Part shown: positions 10,407-22,602 of the stretch, in pieces
How positions within the stretch are numbered: position 1 is the first letter of the stretch
Layout: the number at the start of each line of letters is the position of its first letter
DNA from: Heptranchias perlo
Taxonomy: Eukaryota
Reading direction: 5' to 3'
Assembly: GCF_035084215.1 (NCBI RefSeq)
Contig: NW_027138796.1
Coordinates: forward strand, 372,001 to 436,000
DNA length: 64,000 nt
The notes under the pieces: model-generated
Database searches by the model: none
What the model was told of the DNA's origin: nothing
Seen by the model: the letters and a program-made list of their open reading frames with translations, nothing else
Translations under genes and position numbers: made by a program

Positions 10407-11878
10407 TGATGTGGAGATGCCGGTGATGGACTGGGGTTGACAATTGTAAACAATTTTACAACACCAAGTTATAGTCCAACGATTTTTATTTGAAATCTAC
10501 AAGCTTTCGGAGGCTTCCTCCTTCCTCAGGTAAATGTCAGGAGCTCCTTGAAGCCCACGCATTTATACATCATAGAACAATAGATGGTGTTTACAGACTG
10601 CCCCTGCAACTGCCCGTTGCCAAGGCAATCACCGTGTTCAGACAGAGAGGTGTCACCGACAGAACCCCCGAATACACATTCAACAAAAAAGCAAACAGGA
10701 AAAAAAGCAGAGAGAGAGAGAGGCAGAAGCATCCGGAAGGCAGAGAAAGCCAGCAAATGACCCATTATATTAAAAACAGATAGCTTTTGTTCGCTGGTGG
10801 GGTAACGTGTAGCGTGACATGAACCCAAGATCCCGGTTGAGGCCGTCCTCATGGGTGCGGAACTTGGCTGTCAATTTCTGCTCGACGATTTTGCGTTGTC
10901 GTGTGTCTCGAAGGCCGCCTTGGACCCACGGCGACGAATCACTAAAGAGACTACACGATAACATCAACAAGTTCCATCCCACCATCAGGCTCACCATGGA
11001 CTACTCCTCAGAATCAGTTTCTTTCTTGGACACACGAATCTCCATCAAAGACGGGCACCTCAGCACCTCACTCGACCGCAAGCCCACGGACAACCTCACG
11101 ATGCTCCACTTTTCCAGCTTCCACCCTAACCACGTCAAAGAGGCCATCCCCTATGGACAGGCCCTGCGAATACACAGGGTCTGCTCAGACGAGGAGGAAC
11201 GGGATGGACACCCACAGACTCTGAAAGACGCCCTGGTAAGAACGGGATATGACGCTTGATTCATCGATCGACAGTTCCGACGGGCCACAGCGAAAAATCG
11301 CATAGACCTCCTCAGAAGACTAACACGGGACACAACCAACAGAGTACCCTTCGTCGTCCAGTACTTCCCCGGAGCGGAGAAACTACGCCATGTTCTCCGC
11401 AGCCATCAACATGTCATCAATGACGACGAACACCTCGCTATGGCCTTCCCCACACCTCCACTACTCGCCTTTAAACAGCCACCCAACCTCAAACAGACTA
11501 TCGTTCGCAGCAAATTACCCAGCTTTCAGGAGAACAGCGTCCACGACACCACACAACCCTGCCACGGTAACCTCTGCAAGACATGCCAGATCATCGACAC
11601 AGATACCACCATCACACGAGAGGACTCCACCCACCAGGTGCATGGTTCATACTCCTGTGACTCGGCCAACGTTGTCTACCTCATGCGCTGCAGGAAAGGA
11701 TGCCCTGGAGCATGGTACATTGGCGAGACCATGCAGACACTGCGACAACGGATGAACGGACACCGCGCAACAATCGCCAGACAGGAGGGTTCCCTCCCAG
11801 TCGGGGAACACTTCAGCAGTCAGGGACATTCAGCCACCGATCTTCGGGTAAGCGTTCTCCAAGGCGGCCTTTGAGACA
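10407..11878. mobile_element. Younger Penelope-like element with inverted 3' segment
   Basis: Plus strand 10921-11878 encodes RT C-terminus/thumb (WTHG..FLD..RKPTD..HP..IPYGQALRIHRVCS), Cys-rich linker and GIY-YIG (VVYLMRC..WYIGET). Minus strand 10924-10407 continues the same protein (QGGLRDTRQRKIVEQKL..GLNRD) into the 3' terminal region. Confidence 0.88.
10495..10535 (-). ncRNA. Minimal type-I hammerhead ribozyme in the Penelope terminal region
   Basis: Minus strand AUUUAC-CUGAGGA-A-GGAGG(AAG)CCUCC-GAAA-GCUU-GUAGAU: intact core, 5-bp stem II, 6-bp stem I, palindromic AGCU helix III. Confidence 0.8.
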
Positions 11879-12022
11879 CACATCTTCCAGTTCTGACAAA
11901 AGGCCATTGACCTGAAAGGTTAACTCTGTTTCTTTCTCCACAGATGCTGCCTGACCTGCTGAGTAATTCCAGCATTTTCTGTTTTTATTTCAGATTCCAG
12001 CGTCTGCAGTATTTTGCTTTTG

Positions 12023-12649
12023 ATTCAGTGTTTTAATGACTGAAGTGCTGTGTGACTGCAGCTCTGTGGAGTTTGATTAAGCCCCATTCTGGGTCCATTG
12101 ATCCTCTTTCAAGTTCTAACGTCTTTTTTTACACGTGTTTCTCAATCTCTTGTCATGTATTTGTGGCTTTTAAATCGACACAATTCCAAAATCATTCAAA
12201 AATATTTATTTTCTTAAATATAATTTGTAAGATAAATGTGAAATTAAGTTAAACTCTTTTTATGTTCTAAATTAATGTCATTCTTTAGATTTCAGTTGCA
12301 CAGAAAGGAGCTTCCAAATCAGAGCCGTTGTGAACCACTCAACTATCAGAAAGATAAATTAATGTACCAATGTGTGTCTATCACTGTACAAAAACCCAGA
12401 TCTGGTTATTCACTGGCTCTTCCCCCAGTTTTAGAGCCTCAGTTTCTGATGGATGGATGCTGTGTAATGAGGCCAGATTCCGGGGCTAATTCCTTTCTTC
12501 AGTTCATCTTGTCCAATGAGGCCTTGATTTTTCAGGATGCCTTTTCCTTGTTCAAGCAAGGACTTCTCCTGGAACATTCAGGGCAAAAATCAAGGATCAG
12601 AGCTGAGACAATTCCACCAACAGCCTCAGAGGGAGATCCTCTTTGGGCC
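12023..12649 (-). pseudogene. Deleted remnant of another alpha-tubulin copy (3' flank/3'UTR fused to intron 4; no coding exon left)
   Basis: 11879-12282 duplicates 1229-1632, then joins the equivalent of 2005 (exon-5 CDS removed) and follows copy-1-type intron 4 to the equivalent of 2372, where it fuses to a CR1 3' end. Confidence 0.8.
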
Positions 12650-12798
12650 TGGATGTGAACCTGAAGAGCCGTGACCTGCAGGGCTACGGACCAAATGCGG
12701 GAAAGAGGGATTGGGCTGGATAGCTCGTTCCTCAGCCGGTGCGGACATGATGGGCCGAATGGCCTCCTTCTGTGCTGTAACTTTTCTATGATTTTATG
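12648..12798 (+). mobile_element. 3' tip of the intergenic CR1 left by a deletion
   Basis: Matches 26850-27000. Confidence 0.85.
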
Positions 12799-13185
12799 AC
12801 CCCCATCAATCAAACCCCTTCAATCAGACCCCACTTCTCTCAGTCCCCATCAATCAGACCCCCAACAATCAGACCCCCATCGATCAGACCCCCATCAATC
12901 AGACCCCCATCAATCAGACCTTCATCAATCAGACCCCCATCCATCAGACCCCATCGATTAGAGTCCCATCACTCAGACCCCATCACTCAGACCCCATCAC
13001 TCAGACCCCATCAATCAGATTCCAGTCAATCAGATTCCCATCTATCAGACCCCATTAATCAGACCCCATCGATCAGACCCCCATCGGTCAGACCCCATCA
13101 ATCTCACCCCATCAATCAGGCCCCATCCAACCTGACCCCATCAGTCAGACCCCATCTATCTGACTCCAATCGATCAGACCCCATC
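12799..13185. repeat. 14-15-bp CAGACCCC(C)ATCAAT satellite (also 27001-27507, 41538-42045, 55727-55817, 60483-60908)
   Basis: Tandem degenerate units just downstream of the tubulin 3' end in copies 2-5. Confidence 0.9.
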
Positions 13186-13305
13186 CATTCTGGGTTCAGT
13201 GATCCTCTTCTAACTTCTAACGTCTTCTTTTACACGTGTTTCTCAATCCCTTGTCGTGTATTTGTGGCTTTTAAATTGACACAATTTCAAAATCATTCAA
13301 AAATA

Positions 13306-13311
13306 TTTATT
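13306..13311 (-). terminator. Putative polyadenylation signal, copy 2 (same site present in copies 3-5)
   Basis: AATAAA on minus strand in the same context as copy 1. Confidence 0.55.
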
Positions 13312-13477
13312 TTCTTAAATATAATCTGTAACAACAATGTGAATTAAAGTCAAACCCCTTTTACTTTCTAAATAAATGCCATTTTGTAACATAAATGTGA
13401 AATTAAGTTAAACTTTTTACATTCTTAAATTAATAAGTCATTTTGTAAACACTTTTTACTTTCTAAATGAATAAATC

Positions 13478-16400
13478 TTATTCTTCCTCCTCCGCCTTTC
13501 TGTCCAGCGCAGAAGAATCGACGGCCACCTCTTCGTAATCCTTCTCGAGTGAGGCCAGGTCCTCCCGTGCGTCCTGGAACTCCCCTTCCTCCAGCCCCTC
13601 CCCCACGTACCAGTGGACAAAGGCCCGCTTGGCGTACATCTTATCGAATTTGAGGTTGAGGCGGGTCCAAGCCAAGGAAATGGCGGTGGTGTTGCTCAGC
13701 ATACAGAGGGCACGCTGCACCTTTGCCAGATCGCCCCCTGGCACCACCGTCGGGGGCTGGTAGTTGATGCCAACCTGTGGGAAAAGAAAATTCTTCAGAT
13801 TTCAGTTGCACAGAAAGGAGCTTCAAAATCAGAGCTGTTGGGAACCACGTAACGATCAGAAAGATAAATTTTTGAATCAGTGTGTGTCTTTGTACAAGAA
13901 CCCAGCTCTGGTTATTCACTGGGCTCTTCCCCCAGTTTTCGAGCCTCAGTTTCTGATGGATGGATGCTGTGTAATGAGGCCAGATTCCGGGGCTAATTCC
14001 TTTCTTTAGTTCATCTTTTCCAATGAGGCCTTGATTTTTCAGGAAGCCTTTTCCTTGTTCGAGCAAGGACTTCTCCTTGGACATTCAGGGCAAAAATCAA
14101 TGATTAGAGCCTCAGAGGGAGCTATTGTTTGGGCCAGGAATGGGGGACAGCTTTTGACCCAGACTGAACAGACGTATTGTTCACGTGGGATATGAGATTG
14201 TCAGAATCCATGTTTCCCCAGAGCCCCATGGATTGAACACAAAACCCACACTTACCTTGAACCCGGTCGGGCACCAATCAACAAACTGGATCGAGCGCTT
14301 GGTTTTGATGGTGGCGATGGAGGCGTTGACATCCTTTGGCACGACATCTCCTCGGTACAGCATGCAGCACGCCATGTACTTGCCCTGGCGGGGGTCGCAC
14401 TTCACCATCTGATTGGCTGGTTCAAAGCAGGCGTTGGTGATCTCTGACACAGATATTTGCTCGTGGTAAGCCTTCTCGGCCGAAATAAGGGGGGAGTAGG
14501 TTAATAATGGGAAGTGAATGCGGGGATAAGGGACCAGGTTGGTTTGGAACTCAGTCAGGTCCACATTGAGGGCACCGTCGAACCGTAGTGACGCCGTGAT
14601 GGATGACACCAACTGTCCAATGAGACGGTTGAGGTTGGTGTATGTTGGACGCTCAATGTCAAGATTACGCCGACATATATCATAAAGGGCCTCGTTGTCG
14701 ACCATGAAGCCGCAGTCAGAGTGCTCAAGGGTGGAGTGGGTGACGAGCACGGAGTTGTACGGTTCGACCACCGCAGTGGAAATCTGCGGCGCAGGATAAA
14801 CAGAAAACTCCAGTTTGGATTTCTTGCCGTAGTCTACAGATAGTCTCTCCATCAGGAGGGATGTAAAACCCGAGCCGGTCCCACCCCCGAAACTGTGGAA
14901 AATGAGGAAACCCTGGAGTCCCGTGCACTGGTCAGCCTGTGGGCAAAGAAGGTACAAAACATTAAAAGGGAGCAGGAAATGGAATCTATCGTCAAAGGAC
15001 AGTGAACACAGGACAGGAGCAAAAATACTGACCGTCCCTGGTGGGACAGGGCAGTGGGAGCTGGTGAGAAGGGGCAGTGGGAGATGGGGAGAAGGGAGAG
15101 TGGGAGATGGTGAGAAGGGGCAGTGGGAGCTGGTGAGAAGGGGCAGCGGGAGCTGTTGGGACTAGACAGTGGGAGATGGTGAACATAGGAACAGGAGTAG
15201 GCCATTCAGCCCCTCATGCCTGCTCCGCCATTTGATAAGATCATGGCTGATCTGTTATCTAGCTGCATATACCCGCCTTTGGCCCATATCTCTTAATACC
15301 TTTGGTTGCCAAAAAGCTATCCATCTCACATTTAAATGTAGCAATTGAGCTAGTATCAATTGCCGTTTGCGGAAGAGAGTTCCAAACTTCTACCACCCTT
15401 TGTGTGTGTAGAAATGTTTTCTAATCTCACTCCTGAAAGGTCTGGCTCTAATCTTAAGACTGTGCCCCCTGCTCCTAGAATCCCCAACCAATGGAAATAG
15501 TTTCTCTCTATCCGTTCCCCTTAATATCTTATAAACTTCGATCAGATCACCCCTTAACCTTCTGAACTCCAGAGAATACAACCCCAATTTGCGTAATCTG
15601 TCCTCGTAACTTAATCCTTGAAGTCTGGGTATCATTCTGGGAAACCTACGCTGCGCTCCCTCCAAGGCCAATATGTCCTTCCGAAGGTGTGGTGCCCAGA
15701 ACTGCTCACAGTACTCCATGTGCGGTCTAACCAGGGTTTTGTATATCTGCAGCATAACTTCTGCCCCCTTGCACTCCAGTCCTCTAGATATAAAGGCCAG
15801 CATTCCATTAGCCTTATTGATTATTTTCTGCACCTGTTCATGACACTTCAATGATCGATGTACCTGAACCCCGAAGTCCCTTTGGACATCCACTGTTTTT
15901 AATGTTTTACCATTTAGAAAGTACCCTGTTCTATCCTTTTTTGATCCAAAGTGGATGACCTCACATTTGTCTATATTGAATTCCATTTGCCACAATTTTG
16001 CCCATTCACCTAATCTATCAATATCCCTTTGTAATTTTATGTTTTCATCTTCACTGCTTACAATGCCACCAATCTTTGTGTCATCGGCAAACTTAGATAT
16101 GAGACTTTCTATGCCTTCATCTAAGTCGTTAATAAATATTGTGAATAATTGAGGCCCCAAGACAGATCCCTGCGGGACTCCACTGGTCACATCCTGCCAA
16201 TGTGAATACTTACCCATTATCCCTACTCTCTGTCGCCTTTCGCTCCGCCAATTTCCTAACCAAGTCCGTACTTTTCCCTCGATTCCATGGGCTTCTAACT
16301 TAGCTAACAGTCTCTTATGTGGGACCTTATCAAATGCCTTCTGGAAGTCCATATAAATAATATCCATTGATATTCCCCTGTCCACGACTTTAGTCACTTC

Positions 16401-19400
16401 TTCAAAAAATTCAATCAGGTTTGTCAGGCACGACCTACCTTTCACAAATCTATGCTGGCTCTCCCTGATTAACTGAAAATTCTCAAGGTGTTCAGTCACC
16501 CTATCCTTAATTATAGACTCCAGCAATTTCCCCACAACAGATGTTAGGCTAACTGGTCTATCATTCCCCGGTTTCCCTCTCTCTCCTTTCTTAAAAAGCG
16601 GAGTGACGTGCAATTTTCCAATCTAGAGGGACAGTTCCTGAATCTAGAGAACTTTGAAAGATTATAGTTAGGGCATTTGCAATCTGCTCACCTACTTCCT
16701 TTAAAACCCTGGGATGGAAACCATCTGGTCCTGGGGATTTGTCAATCTTTAGTGCTATTATTTTCTTCATTACTGTTGCTTTACTTATGTTAATTTTATC
16801 GAGTCCCTGTCCCCGATTCAATATTAGTTTTGTTGGGATTTCCAGCATGCTATCCTCTTTTTCTACTGTAAATACTGACGCAAAGTAATTATTCAACATG
16901 TCCGCCAGTTCCCCATTGTCAATGACAATATCCCCACTTTCAGTTTTTAAGGGGCCAAACCTGCTCCTGACCACCCTCTTTTTCCTAATATAACTATAAA
17001 AGTTCTTCGTATTGGTTTTGATATCCCTTGCAAGTTTCTTTTCATACTCTCTTTTTGTAGCTCTTGTGAGAAGGGGCAGTGGTAGCTGCTGGGATGGGGC
17101 AGTGGGAGATGATGGGATGGGTCAGCGGGAGATGCTGGGAATGGGCAGGGGGAGTTGATTGGAATGGTCAGGGGGAGATGATGGGACTGGGCAGTGGGAG
17201 ATGATGTGATGGGTCAGTGGGAGACGATGGGAGAGACAGTGGGAGATAATGAGATGGGGCAGTGGGAGATGATGGGATGGGTCAGTTGGAGATGTTGGGA
17301 ATGGGCAGGGGGTGTTGATGGGAATGGGCAGGGGGAGATGATGTGATGGGTCAGTGGGAGACGATGGGAGAGACAGTGGGAGATATTGAGATGGGGCAGT
17401 GGGAGATGATGGGATTTGTCAGTGTTGGGAATGGGGAGGGCGAGCTGATGGGAATGGGCAGGGGGAGATGATGGGACGGGGCAGTGGTAGACTGTGGGAC
17501 TGGGCAGTGGGAGACTGTGGGAATGGGCATTGGGAGACTGTGGGACTGGGCAGTGCGAGATTATGTGACGGAGCAGTGGAAGACTGTGGGACTGGGCAGT
17601 GGGAGATGGTGGGACGGGGCAGTGGGAGATGATGGGATGGGGCAATGAGAAATGATGAGACGGGGCAGCGGGAGATGATGGGACGGGGTAGTGGGAGATG
17701 GTGAGAAGGAGCAATGGGAGATGATGGGAGAGGTTGTGGGAGATGGTGAGAAGGAGCAGTGGTTGCCGGTTCAATTAGGCAGTGGGAGATGATGGAGGGG
17801 TAGTGGGAGATGGTGAGAGGGGGCAGTGGGAGATGATGGGAGAGGTTGTGGGAGATGGTGAGAAGGAGCAGTGGGAGATGGTGAGAAGGAGCAGTGGGAG
17901 ATGGTGAGAAGGAGCAGTGGTTGCCGGTTCGATTAGGCAGTGGGAGATGATGGAGGGGTAGTGGGAGATGGTGAGAAGGAGCAGTGGGAGATGATGGGAG
18001 AGGTTGTGGGAGATGGTGAGAAGGAGCAGTGGGAGATGGTGAGAAGGAGCAGTGGTTGCCGGTTCGATTAGGCAGTGGGAGATGATGGAGGGGTAGTGGG
18101 AGATGGTGAGAGGGGGCAGTGGGAGATGATGGAGGGGTAGTGGGAGATGGTGAGAGGGGGCAGTGGTTGCCGGTTCGATTAGGCAGTGGGAGATGATGGA
18201 GGGGTAGTGGGAGATGGTGAGAGGGGGCAGTGGTTGCCGGTTCGATTAGGCAGTGGGAGATGATGGAGGGGTAGTGGGAGATGGTGAGAAGGAGCAGTGG
18301 TTGCCGGTTCGATTAGGCAGTGGGAGATGATGGAGGGGTAGTGGGAGATGGTGAGAGGGGGCAGTGGTTGCCAGTACACAACTTACCACCTTCCGTATGC
18401 GATCCAAGACCAGATCCACTATCTCCTTGCCGATGGAACAGTGGCCCCGTGCGTAGTTATTGGCCGCATCCTCCTTGCCGGTGATGAGTTGCTCGGGGTG
18501 AAAGAGCTGTCGGTAGGTGCCGGTGCGGACCTCATCTGGGGGCAGGGAACGGAGAGTTAAAAACCTGAATATGCATCATTTCAAGTATTTTGATACAAGT
18601 CTGGCCATTTTTCTGGGAACATCTCTCAGTCCTGGGACCACCACCTTTGATCCAGACTGGAAATCCCTGACTGTCCACAGTGACTGGAGTATTGGAGATT
18701 GGGAGGTGAGGGGGAGAGACGATTGGCCAAGCAGCTTCAACTGTCGAGATCTCATGACCAACCCAGCAGCTGGAAGCAGCAAACCAGGAGGATGCCAGGA
18801 GCATGAAGGCCGTGTTCTGCTGTCTCAGTTGGTAGCTGGTGCGACAAATTGATCAGAGGAGTCGCAGGTTCCATTTGTGGCCTGTGCTGGGTCAGCTGAT
18901 CTCAGCTAAGGTGGATATGAGCCCTGATATTAACCTCAGGACCCTGGGTGGGGGGTGGGACAGTAAACAATCCACCTGGGTACCTGCTGCTGTTCCTTAC
19001 CCAATAACTGCACCTGGCAAATGAGTGTATGTGGGGGATGGGGTTAAGGTGGGGACAGTACTGAGCTCACCTGTGATGGTGCCTGTGGTTGAATTGCTTG
19101 CAGGGACTCAATGTTTGGCCTAATACTTGAAAGAATTGGTGAAGCACCGGAGAGACACGTGGGCCAGTGGAACCAGATTCTGGTAACGGGAAACACCTTC
19201 GGGGGAGGAGGGGAGATACTTGGAGGGGCCAAGACTTGGTCTGTGAGAAGGGAGTTTGTATCAAACAGCAACAAGAGGTAGCAGAACAGTGCCTGTCTGT
19301 ATCAGGAGGAAGGACTGTACATGAGTAGGTGTATTGCAATGAGTTTAGTGACACACGACTAACCCATCAACAATCTCTCCCCTTACCGATCACAGTGGGC

Positions 19401-20573
19401 TCCAGATCTACAAACACGGCTCGGGGGATGTGCTTGCCCGCCCCCGTCTCACTGAAGAAGGTGTTGAAGGAGTCGTCCCCACCTCCGACGGTCTTGTCAC
19501 TGGGCATCTGCCCATCTGGTTGGATCCCATGCTCCAGGCAATACAGCTCCCAGCAAGCATTGCCGACCTGCACGCCGGCCTGGCCAATGTGGATTGAAAG
19601 ACACTCACGCTAAAGAGTGGAGAACACAGGATTATTTACACAGGTAGGAGGACAATGCTTTATACAGTCAGTGGAGGTGGAAGGGAGAAGGGTGTGTGGG
19701 CAGCAACACGTTCCATTACAGTAACCTGTGGATCCCGTCCATTCCCTGTAGATCTCACCTGCTGCCTGCTGGATCCCTTCTGTCCCTGTGCAACGTTCCA
19801 CTACCTGTCGACCCCACCCCCTTCCGATGGACCCCTCTGCTCACGATGGATGTCTTCTCTCCGTGTGCGTTCCCACTCCCTGTGGACTGCCCTGTCCCAG
19901 AGGATTTGCCCACTGACTGTGGATCCATTGCTCAATGTGGGCCACTCACTTCCTGAGGAATTCCCCATATTTCTTAAAGATCCCACATTCTGCCATTGAC
20001 CACCCTCGTTTGCTGTGGATATGCATCACCCTGTGGATTCCCAATCTCCCTGTGACTCCTCTCTCCAGATGGATTTCCCACTTTCTCCGTGTGGCTGCCC
20101 CGAATCTCCCTGTGGATGCCCCCAGTCTCCCTGTGGTTCACTCCTCACTCTCTTTTCTGAAGCCCCTTCTCTCAACATCGATTACTGCTCTCCCTGTCGT
20201 TCTTCCTCTCTCCATGTGGATCCTTCTCTCCCTGTGGATTCCCACCCTCCCTGTGGGTCCTTTCCCTCTCCCTTGGGATGCATTACTCTGACTGGTTCCC
20301 TTCTCTCTCCCGACAGATTCCCACTCTCCCAGTGCATCACACTCTCTCAGTGGATCCCACTCTCCCTGTGGATCTACTCTCCCAGTAGATCCCACTCTCC
20401 CTTTGAATTCCTCTCTCCCAGTAGATCCCACTCTCCCTGTGAATCCCTCTCTCCCAGTAGATCCCACTCTCCCTGTGAATCCCTCTCTCCCAGTGGATCC
20501 CCCTCTCCCTGTGGATCCCTCTGTCTCGGTGGAACACCCTCGCTCTGTGCATTGCCCAGTGAGCTCTCACCAT
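13478..20573 (-). CDS. TUBA: Alpha-tubulin copy 2 (450 aa, 5 coding exons)
   Basis: Exons 20573-20571, 19609-19387, 18535-18387, 14936-14256, 13774-13478; all introns GT-AG. MRECLSIH start, K40, [15 protein letters not shown] (E254), ends [13 protein letters not shown]. Residue 42 is Val. Confidence 0.95.
15182..17065 (-). mobile_element. 5'-truncated CR1 LINE (RT and 3' end) in intron 3 of copy 2
   Basis: ORFs 15390-16613 and 16591-16974: [29 protein letters not shown]; inserted in the intronic minisatellite with a possible GTGA duplication. Confidence 0.92.
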
Positions 20574-20628
20574 AATCTCCTCCTATTCTCGCAGCTCTTG
20601 AGAATGTGCCTCGTGCTGCCGCTCCCGC

Positions 20629-20747
20629 TATTTATACCCCGCCCGATAGAACCCTCCTATTCAGCAAATCGGGCTCTGATTGGTCTGTGAGAACAATGGC
20701 CTATTGTTGCTTTGTTAAACGTAGCGACGTTGCTCAGTGCTGATTGG
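20629..20747 (-). promoter_or_regulatory. Core promoter of tubulin copy 2
   Basis: Same TATA/GC/2xCCAAT arrangement as copy 1. Confidence 0.8.
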
Positions 20748-20831
20748 TTCATTGTGTAAAAGGCGGAACCAAGAATTCGCAACATTCTTTTATGGGAGGA
20801 GCGCCAGGGAACAAGAGAATTCCCCTTACCC

Positions 20832-21695
20832 CCAGACCCCATCAATCAGACCCCCAACCCCCAGACCCCATCAATCAGACCCCCAACCCCCAGACCCCAT
20901 CAATCAGACCCCCAAACCCCAGACCCCATCAATCAGACCCCCAACCCCCAGACCCCATCAATCAGACCCCCAACCCCCAGACCCCATCAATCAGACCCCC
21001 AACCCCCAGACCCCATCAATCAGACCCCCAACCCCCAGACCCCATCAATCAGACCCCCAACCCCCAGACCCCATCAATCGGACCCGCAACCCCCAGACCC
21101 CATCAATCGGACCCCCAACCCCCAGACCCCATCAATCAGACCCCCAACCCCCAGACCCCATCAATCAGACCCCCAACCCCCAGACCCCATCAATCAGATC
21201 CCCAACCCCCAGACCCCATCAATCAGACCCCCAACCCCCAGACCCCATCAATCAGACCCCCAACCCCCAGACCCCATCAATCAGACCCCCAACCCCCAGA
21301 CCCCATCAATCAGACCCCCAACCCCCAGACCCCATCAATCAGACCCCCAACCCCCACACCCCCAACCCTCAGACCCCTAACCCCCAGACCCCATCAATCA
21401 GACCCCCAACCCCCAGACCCCATCAATCAGACCCCCAACCCCCAGACCCCATCAATCAGACCCCCAACCCCCAGACCCCATCAATCGGACCCCCAACCCC
21501 CAGACCCCATCAATCAGACCCCCAACCCCCAGACCCCATCAATCAGACCCCCAACCCCCAGACCCCATCAATCAGACCCCCAACCCCCAGACCCCATCAA
21601 TCAGACCCCCAACCCCCACACCCCCAACCCTCAGACCCCTAACCCCCAGACCCCATCAATCAGACCCCCAACCCTCAGACCCCATCAATCAGACA
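20832..21695. repeat. 29-bp minisatellite upstream of copy 2
   Basis: Tandem 29-mers. Confidence 0.95.
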
Positions 21696-22450
21696 CCCAG
21701 CACGAGGGAAAAACTTTCTTGACCTCGTCCTCACCAATCACCCTGTCGCAGATGCATCTGTTCATGACAGTATTGGTAGGAGTGACCACCGCACAGTCCT
21801 CGTGGAGACGAAGTACCGTCTTCACACTGAGGACACCATCCAACGTGTTGTGTGGCACTATCACCGTGCTAAATGGGATAGATTCAGAACAGCTCTAGCA
21901 GCTCAAAACTGGGCATCCATGAGGCGCTGTGGACCATCAGCAGCAGCAGAATTGTATTCCAGCACAATCTGTAACCTCATGGCCCGGCATATTCCTCACT
22001 CTACCATTACCAACAAGCCAGGGGATCAACCCTGGTTCAATGAGGAGTGCAGAAGAGCATGCCAGGAGCAGCACCAGGCGTACCTAAAAATGAGGTGCCA
22101 ACCTGGTGAAGCTGCATCTCAGGACTATATGCATGCTGAAGAGTTGAAGCAACCTGCTATAGACAGGGCTAAGCGATTCACAACCAACGGATCAGATCAA
22201 AGCTCTGCAGTCCTGCCACATCCAGTCGTGAATGGTGGTGGACAGTTAAACAGTAACGGGAGGAGGAGGCTCTGTAAACATCCCCATCCTCAATGATGGC
22301 AGAATCCAGCGCGTGAGTGCAAAAGAGAAGGCTGAAGCGTTTGCAACCATCTTCAGCCAGCAGTGCCGAGTAGATGATCCATCTCGGCCTCCTCCCGATA
22401 TCGCCACCATCACAGAAGCCAGTCTTCAGCCAATTCGATTCACTCCACGT
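21696..22450 (+). mobile_element. LINE ORF2 fragment (APE endonuclease C-terminus and linker), family distinct from the CR1s here
   Basis: TR..LDLVLTN..GRSDH motif followed by WHYHRAKWD..PWFNEEC; frameshifted. Confidence 0.7.
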
Positions 22451-22602
22451 CAATCTGACCCCTTAAATCAGATTGCCGTCAGTCAGACCCCCATCAATCA
22501 GACGCTATCAATCAGACTCTCATCAATCCGTCCCCCATCAATCTGACCACTATCATCAGACTCCCTCAATCATACCCATCAATCTGACCCCATCAATCAG
22601 AC

